Source: Candidatus Flavonifractor merdavium
GTDB lineage: Bacteria > Bacillota > Clostridia > Oscillospirales > Oscillospiraceae
DNA: 64,000 nt
Reading direction: 5' to 3'
Assembly (NCBI GenBank): GCA_019119335.1
Contig: DWXF01000036.1
Span: 29,760-93,759 of the forward strand
The notes below the pieces were generated by a model. The model was not told the origin of the DNA, ran no database searches, and saw only the letters and a list, made by a program, of their open reading frames with translations. The stretch's first letter is position 1; each line of letters starts with the position of its first letter. Made by a program: the position numbers and the translations under genes. Below, piece after piece: positions 58,687-64,000 of this stretch.

Positions 58687-59913
58687 ATGAGTGAGATAAA
58701 AAAGATTTCTGACATGATCGATATGAATTTACTCCAGTCCATTCAGGATAATTGCTCCAAGGCCATGGGGATTGGGGCCGTGACGGTGGATTATAAGGGG
58801 AATCCCATAACCCGTTACAGCGGCTTTACGGAACACTGCATGAAAGTACGGGAGGTCCAGGGATTTTCCGAGCTGTGCGCGCAGTGTGACGCCCACGGGG
58901 GGCTGCACTCGGCCATTACCGGTCAACCGTATATTTACCGCTGCCATGCCAACCTGGTGGACTTCGCGGTGCCGCTGATCATCAACGGCACCTATATGGG
59001 GGCTGTGCTGGGCGGTCAGGTAAAGGTATGTGAGGAAGAGGCGGAGCAGCTGGAGTACATTCTCCCCCAGCAGAGCAACTGGCGCAAGCATGAGCAGATC
59101 AGCCGCCTGTACGACAAAATGGACACGGTCTCCTACGAAAAGGTGGAGGCGGCCGTCCATATCCTGCGGGACATCATCGTTACCATGACGGAAAACGAGA
59201 CCGGCAAGAAAATGCTGGCCATGCTGGAGGAGAAGGACAAGCAGCTTTCCGAGGAGCGCGCCGCCCGCTCCGAGCTGGAGCTGGTGCTGCGGGAACAGGA
59301 AAACGACGCCATGGGGCGCAGCGCGGAACTGCGCTACTTCTTTTATGTAATGAACATCATTACCCGCCTGGCCTATGAGGAAAAGGCAGAGCGGACGGAG
59401 CAGGTGGCTTACGATTTTGCCGACGTCACCCGTTATACTCTGGGCACAACCAAAAAAATATCCACCCTGGGCGAGGAGCTGGACTACATCGAATCGCTGC
59501 TGCGGATCCAGAAGGTGTGGGTAGGGGACAAGCTGGATTTTCATATTTCTGTGCCGGCGGGGTACATGACCATTCCCTGTCCGTTCATGCTGATGCAGCC
59601 CATAGCGGAAACCATTTTGGACGGGTTTGGGGAAAAGAGCGACGCCACCTTCCATCTGGAGATCTACGGAGAGGAAGAGGGAGACTATTTCTTGCTGCAG
59701 ATCTGCTGCTCCGGCGGGATCAAGTCTCTTGACGAATGGGTATATATGCTGAGCACCCCGAAGGACGGGAGCAAGTCGCTCTACGCCATCAACAACAGCC
59801 TGCAGCATGTGTTTGGAACGGAGTATGGAGTGAGCGTTGGTTCCCGGGACGACAGGCAGAGCGGAATTGTCATTCGGATCCGGCTGCCGCTGGAGAAAAG
59901 AGGATTGTTCTAA
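58687..59913 (+). CDS. PocR ligand-binding domain fused to a degenerate LytS-type histidine kinase domain
   Basis: PocR Cys motifs (FTEHC, CAQCD, YRCHANLVDFAVP); TLGEELDYIESLLRIQK and QP kinase scaffold, but no H-box His. Confidence 0.82.
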   Translation: MSEIKKISDMIDMNLLQSIQDNCSKAMGIGAVTVDYKGNPITRYSGFTEHCMKVREVQGFSELCAQCDAHGGLHSAITGQPYIYRCHANLVDFAVPLIINGTYMGAVLGGQVKVCEEEAEQLEYILPQQSNWRKHEQISRLYDKMDTVSYEKVEAAVHILRDIIVTMTENETGKKMLAMLEEKDKQLSEERAARSELELVLREQENDAMGRSAELRYFFYVMNIITRLAYEEKAERTEQVAYDFADVTRYTLGTTKKISTLGEELDYIESLLRIQKVWVGDKLDFHISVPAGYMTIPCPFMLMQPIAETILDGFGEKSDATFHLEIYGEEEGDYFLLQICCSGGIKSLDEWVYMLSTPKDGSKSLYAINNSLQHVFGTEYGVSVGSRDDRQSGIVIRIRLPLEKRGLF

Positions 59914-59955
59914 GACGGAGCGGCTACCAGCGATATGCCGTGGGAGGAAAGCTGG

Positions 59956-61032
59956 ATGAAACAGATATTGGTATTGAGCGATAATGATTTGGAACGCCAT
60001 GTTACGGAGAAGATTCTGCTCAACGGCTTGGATGAGGTAAAGATCCTCAGCGCCGCCGGGACGGAGCAGGCGTTGGATATCCTTCAGAGGGAAAAAACCG
60101 ACCTTTTTATTGCGGATATCCCCAAATTCAACCTTGCCAGATGCAATATGATATCCTCCGTGCAGAAGCTGGTGCCGGAGACGCCGATTCTGGTGCTCTC
60201 CTCCGGAGAGCAGGAGCACGTGTCCCGGAATATCTGGAGGCTGGGGATCAGGGATTATCTGCTCAAGCCATGCCGTCCCACATGGATCATTGCCGCGGTC
60301 AAGTCGCTGCTGGGCAAGAGCGCCCAGAGCCCCCCGGAGGAGCAGCCGGAGGAAAAGCGGAAGGAGCGCTATGCCAACAGCCTGGCCGGGTACCTGCGCA
60401 GCTTCCAATATAAAAAGTGCATCCAGACCACAAGAGAATACCTTGACGTGCTCTACCGGGATGAAGATAATATAGAAACAATCCGCAGCGAGGTCGTGGA
60501 CTTTGCCGCGGGTATGGTGGAGCTCAGCGCGCCCTTTGGACAGGCCACCCAGTGGAAGCTGTCCAACTGCCTGGAGCATTTCCGCATCCGGTTTGACCGG
60601 CAGGGGCGGAAATATGAGAGCTACCTCACGCTGGAAAAAATGCTGGATATCCTCTTCGAAAGCCTGGAGGGGAGCAACTTTTATGAGGTGGAGAGCGGTC
60701 AGAAAATCCTGAATTACATCGACCGCAATCTGCGGAAGGGGCTCAGCCTGGACGATGCGGCGGAGTATGCCAACATGAGCTCCTGCTACTTCAGCAAGTT
60801 TTTCAAAAAGATGACCGGGCAGAACTATATTGCCTACATCACCGACGGCAAGGTGGAGCTGGCAAAGCAGATGCTGCTGGACACCGACCTGCCGGTTATC
60901 AACATATCCTATGAGCTCTCCTATGGAGAGACCAATTACTTCAGCAAGGCCTTTAAACGGAAGGTGGGGGTCACGCCCACAGAATTCCGGGAGAGTGGTA
61001 AGAGGGCCGGTGTGCAGAGCAGTGTTCGCTGA
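59956..61032 (+). CDS. Atypical receiver domain + AraC HTH regulator
   Basis: N-terminal REC-like region (ADIP, DYLLKP); C-terminal YFSKFFKK...YFSKAFKRKVGVTPTEFR. Confidence 0.87.
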   Translation: MKQILVLSDNDLERHVTEKILLNGLDEVKILSAAGTEQALDILQREKTDLFIADIPKFNLARCNMISSVQKLVPETPILVLSSGEQEHVSRNIWRLGIRDYLLKPCRPTWIIAAVKSLLGKSAQSPPEEQPEEKRKERYANSLAGYLRSFQYKKCIQTTREYLDVLYRDEDNIETIRSEVVDFAAGMVELSAPFGQATQWKLSNCLEHFRIRFDRQGRKYESYLTLEKMLDILFESLEGSNFYEVESGQKILNYIDRNLRKGLSLDDAAEYANMSSCYFSKFFKKMTGQNYIAYITDGKVELAKQMLLDTDLPVINISYELSYGETNYFSKAFKRKVGVTPTEFRESGKRAGVQSSVR

Positions 61033-61073
61033 TCTGCCCCGGTGGAGTTCGTGCTGACGAGGAGTGAAAAGCG

Positions 61074-62216
61074 ATGAAAGAGTTCAGTTTCAGCACCAGA
61101 ATCTTTTTTGGCGAGGGCGCCCTGGAGCGGCTGCGCAAAGTGGAGGACAAACGGGTGATGATCGTCACCGACCGGTTTATGGCCAATATGGGCGTGCCGG
61201 ACAAGGTGGCCGGCTATCTGACCCGCTGCCAGGTGTCCGTCTTTGACGGCGTTGTGCCCGACCCTCCCATTGAGGTGGTGGCCGCCGGTGTGCAGGCCCT
61301 GCAGGAATCTGGGGCGGAGGCTATGATCGCCGTGGGCGGCGGCTCTACCATCGACGCGGCCAAGGCCATCCGGGCGGTGGCCAAGGAGACCCTCCACATC
61401 GATACGGACCGCTGGGAGTGCTTCGCGGTTCCCACCACCAGCGGCACCGGCTCCGAGGTGACGGAGTACGCGGTGATCACCGACCGGGCAAAGGGCATCA
61501 AGTACCCCCTGGAGAGCAAGGCCCTGCGGCCCCCGGTGGCTATTCTGGACCCCCAGCTGACGGTGTCCGCCCCGGCCAGCGTTACCGCTGACGCCGGTAT
61601 GGACGTGCTTACCCACGCCATTGAGGCCTATGTATCCAAAGGGGCCAACGATTTTTCCGACGCCCTGTGTGAAAAGGCGGTCTCTCTGGTGTTCCGCTTC
61701 CTTCCCCTTGCCTTCCAGGACGGCACCGATCTGCTGGCCCGGGAGAAGATGCACAACGCCTCCTGCATGGCGGGCCTGGCCTTTAACTCCGCCGGCCTGG
61801 GCCTGACCCATGGCATGGCCCACGCTGTGGGCGGCAAGCTGCACATTCCCCACGGCCGGATCAACGCCATGCTGCTGCCCCACATCATTCAGTTCAACGC
61901 CAATCTGGCGGGGGTGCGGGGAGGCGAATACGCCCTGGCGGCCAAAAAATACCAGCGCCTGGCCAAGACGCTGGATCTGCCTGCCCCCAGCGTCCGGTTG
62001 GGTGTGTCCAACCTGCTGCGGGAGGTGGAGCACCTGAACCGTGTGCTCAAGATTCCCGCCACCCTCAAGGAGTGGGGCGGCGACCTGGAGCAGGTAAAGC
62101 AGCTGTGGGACGAGATGGTTTCCGCCGCTCTGGCCGACGTCACCACCTCCACCAACCCCCGGCCGGCCACCGCCGAAAATGTGAGCGCTATCCTCCAGAG
62201 ATTGATGGGCAAATAA
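61074..62216 (+). CDS. pduQ: Iron-containing alcohol dehydrogenase (1-propanol dehydrogenase)
   Basis: GGGSTIDAAK, PTTSGTGSE, DVLTHAIE, HGMAH and PHG; next to pduAB. Confidence 0.85.
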   Translation: MKEFSFSTRIFFGEGALERLRKVEDKRVMIVTDRFMANMGVPDKVAGYLTRCQVSVFDGVVPDPPIEVVAAGVQALQESGAEAMIAVGGGSTIDAAKAIRAVAKETLHIDTDRWECFAVPTTSGTGSEVTEYAVITDRAKGIKYPLESKALRPPVAILDPQLTVSAPASVTADAGMDVLTHAIEAYVSKGANDFSDALCEKAVSLVFRFLPLAFQDGTDLLAREKMHNASCMAGLAFNSAGLGLTHGMAHAVGGKLHIPHGRINAMLLPHIIQFNANLAGVRGGEYALAAKKYQRLAKTLDLPAPSVRLGVSNLLREVEHLNRVLKIPATLKEWGGDLEQVKQLWDEMVSAALADVTTSTNPRPATAENVSAILQRLMGK

Positions 62217-62240
62217 ATCCAAATTGTGGCATACCTAAAA

Positions 62241-62309
62241 TAAAAGAGGGCAAAAAAATACACTTGACATTCGACGTGGGTGTCAAGTGTATTTTTTTGC
62301 CCTCTTTTA
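62241..62309. repeat. Perfect 29-bp inverted repeat (probable terminator between pduQ and pduA)
   Basis: TAAAAGAGGGCAAAAAAATACACTTGACA-11nt-TGTCAAGTGTATTTTTTTGCCCTCTTTTA. Confidence 0.88.
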
Positions 62310-62388
62310 AACGGCGGATCGGGGGGCGGCAGGGCGGGGCACGGGGAAAAAAGGTGGGTTGCGGGGAAAGACCCAGGAAAGAAGGGGA

Positions 62389-62440
62389 CAAAAAAGCACC
62401 GGGACGTGCCAAGAAAACAATCCCGAAATTCAGGTATAAT
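62389..62440 (+). promoter_or_regulatory. Putative AraC-activated pduA promoter
   Basis: CAAAAAAGCACC (62389) and CAAGAAAACAAT (62410) 21 nt apart; TATAAT at 62435-62440 with no canonical -35. Confidence 0.55.
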
Positions 62441-62509
62441 CGGCGCAGATAGTGTGCGGTTTTAACTTTTAACGGAAACCGCCGCTGGCCCAAAAAAGGA
62501 GGTTGTAAT

Positions 62510-62788
62510 ATGCAGCAGGAAGCTCTGGGAATGGTGGAGACCAAAGGCCTGGTAGGCGCGATTGAGGCTGCCGATGCCATGGTCAAATCCGCAAATGTCA
62601 GCCTGGTGGGCTATGAGAAGATCGGTTCCGGACTGGTCACCGTGATGGTGCGGGGTGACGTGGGCGCGGTTAAGGCGTCTACCGATGCCGGCGCTGCCGC
62701 GGCCCAGAAGGTGGGAGAAGTGGTTTCCGTCCACGTCATCCCCAGACCCCACACGGATGTGGAGAAGATTCTGCCCCACATGCAGTAA
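62510..62788 (+). CDS. pduA: BMC-H shell protein PduA
   Basis: [33 protein letters not shown] and HVIPRPH. Confidence 0.95.
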   Translation: MQQEALGMVETKGLVGAIEAADAMVKSANVSLVGYEKIGSGLVTVMVRGDVGAVKASTDAGAAAAQKVGEVVSVHVIPRPHTDVEKILPHMQ

Positions 62789-62842
62789 GCGAAACGGATT
62801 ACCTCAAGAATTCAAATCATAAAAAGTTCGGAGGGTTAACAC

Positions 62843-63652
62843 ATGAAAGATGAACTGGTCAGCAAGGTCATGGACGAAGTCATGAAGAAGATGGGCATTT
62901 CCGAGCCCACCTGCGCTCCCGAGGAGAGCTGCTGCGCTCAGCCCGCTCCCGCCTGCAATCTGACGGAATTTGTGGGCACCGCCATGGGCCATACCATCGG
63001 CCTGGTCATTGCCAACCTGGATCACCAGGTCCACGAGAAGCTGGGCATCGACAAGAAGTATCGTTCTATCGGCATCATTGGCGACCGTACCGGCGCCGGC
63101 CCCCAGATCTTTGCTGCTGACGAGGCGGTGAAGGCTACCAACTCCGAGATCGTGCTCATCGAGTGCCCCCGTGATACCGAGGGCGGCGCTGGCCACGGCT
63201 GCTTCATTGTCTTCGGCGCGGAAGACGTGTCCGATGTTCGCCGGGCCGTTGAGGTTACCCTGCGTGAGGTGGAGCGCACCTTCGGCGACGTGTACGGCAA
63301 CAGCGCCGGCCATCTGGAGTTCCAGTATACTGCCCGCGCCAGCTACGCGCTGAACAAGGCCTTTGGCGCCCCCATCGGCAAGTCCTTCGGTATCACCGTA
63401 GGCGCTCCCGCTGCCATCGGTCTGGTTCTGGCCGATACCGCTGTGAAGGCTGCTACCGTGGACGCCATCAGTGTTGCTACTCCCGGCAACGGCGGTACCA
63501 GCTACTCCAACGAGGTCAACTTCTTCTTCTCCGGTGATTCCGGCGCGGTGAAGCAGGCCATTATTGCTGCCCGCGATGTGGGCATGCAGCTGCTGAAGGC
63601 CCTTGAGCCCGGTGAGGAGCTCAAGAGCGCCACCACCCCCTACATCATCTAA
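62843..63652 (+). CDS. pduB: BMC-T shell protein PduB
   Basis: N-terminal amphipathic extension, LTEFVGTAMGHTIGLVIAN, RTGAGPQI, PRDTEGGAGHG and terminal PYI. Confidence 0.93.
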   Translation: MKDELVSKVMDEVMKKMGISEPTCAPEESCCAQPAPACNLTEFVGTAMGHTIGLVIANLDHQVHEKLGIDKKYRSIGIIGDRTGAGPQIFAADEAVKATNSEIVLIECPRDTEGGAGHGCFIVFGAEDVSDVRRAVEVTLREVERTFGDVYGNSAGHLEFQYTARASYALNKAFGAPIGKSFGITVGAPAAIGLVLADTAVKAATVDAISVATPGNGGTSYSNEVNFFFSGDSGAVKQAIIAARDVGMQLLKALEPGEELKSATTPYII

Positions 63653-63674
63653 TTAACGGGAAGGAGTCAGTGAC

Positions 63675-64000
63675 ATGAAGTCTAAGCGTTTTGAAGTGCT
63701 GGACGCCCGCCCGGTCAACCAGGACGGCTATGTGCAGGAGTGGCCTGAGGTGGGTCTGATCGCCATGAACAGCCCCTTCGACCCCAAGCCCAGCATCAAG
63801 ATTGAGAACGGCGTGGTGACCGAGCTGGACGGCAAGACCCGCGCTGAGTTTGACATGCTGGATACCTTTATCGCCGACCACGCCATCCGCCTAGAGAACG
63901 CCGAGAAGGCCATGGCCATGGATTCTCTGGAGATCGCCCGGATGATCGTGGACATCAACGTCTCCCGGAAGGAAGTGCTGGACATCACCCTGTCCCTCAC
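63675..64000 (+). CDS. pduC: B12-dependent diol dehydratase large subunit, 5' partial (runs off the window; absent from the ORF track)
   Basis: Manual translation MKSKRFEVLDARPVNQDGYVQEWPEVGLIAMNSPFDPKPSIKIENGVVTELDGK; AAGGAG RBS. Confidence 0.94.
   Translation, partial: MKSKRFEVLDARPVNQDGYVQEWPEVGLIAMNSPFDPKPSIKIENGVVTELDGKTRAEFDMLDTFIADHAIRLENAEKAMAMDSLEIARMIVDINVSRKEVLDITLSL

Noticed and set aside
63645-64000. Minus-strand ORFs listed at the window end
   Set aside because: They are shadows of the plus-strand pduC, which starts at 63675 and is truncated by the window edge.

Overview
High-GC chromosomal segment of an anaerobic, spore-forming gut Firmicute. The gene content and style suggest Oscillospiraceae (Flavonifractor/Lawsonibacter-like); that assignment is inference. 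From left to right the window holds: an anaerobic purine/urate catabolism block (ssnA-ygfK-xdh, YheO-type regulator, NCS2 permease, RidA); a BceAB-like ABC transporter; housekeeping genes (secG, rnr, nagZ, sdaAB/sdaAA, rny, mnmE, spoIID, citrate synthase, lysA, potABCD, rluA-family, yceD-rpmF, der-plsY-gpsA); a BlaI/BlaR1 pair; a cupin-SDR-cyclase operon resembling the phloroglucinol reductase/dihydrophloroglucinol cyclohydrolase module, with a divergent HxlR regulator; tRNA-Pro(GGG); and the start of a B12-dependent propanediol microcompartment locus (PocR sensor, AraC regulator, pduQ, pduA, pduB, partial pduC). The most notable signals are non-coding or degenerate. (1) Two diverged, covarying copies of a ~150-nt multi-hairpin/pseudoknot element lie inverted at 51449-51778. 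(2) A three-box operator architecture is shared, without gaps, by the cupin-SDR-cyclase promoter and a lone MFS transporter 10 kb away. (3) A ~180-nt leader with terminator and antiterminator precedes ssnA. (4) The pdu sensor kinase has lost its phospho-His and ATP-binding motifs. (5) There is a candidate sRNA with an anti-SD-like tract, a PdxR-type operator at an ECF S component, and a DnaA-box cluster at an isolated mnmE. No CRISPR array, transposase, integrase or rRNA was seen. All family calls come from motif recognition, not database searches.
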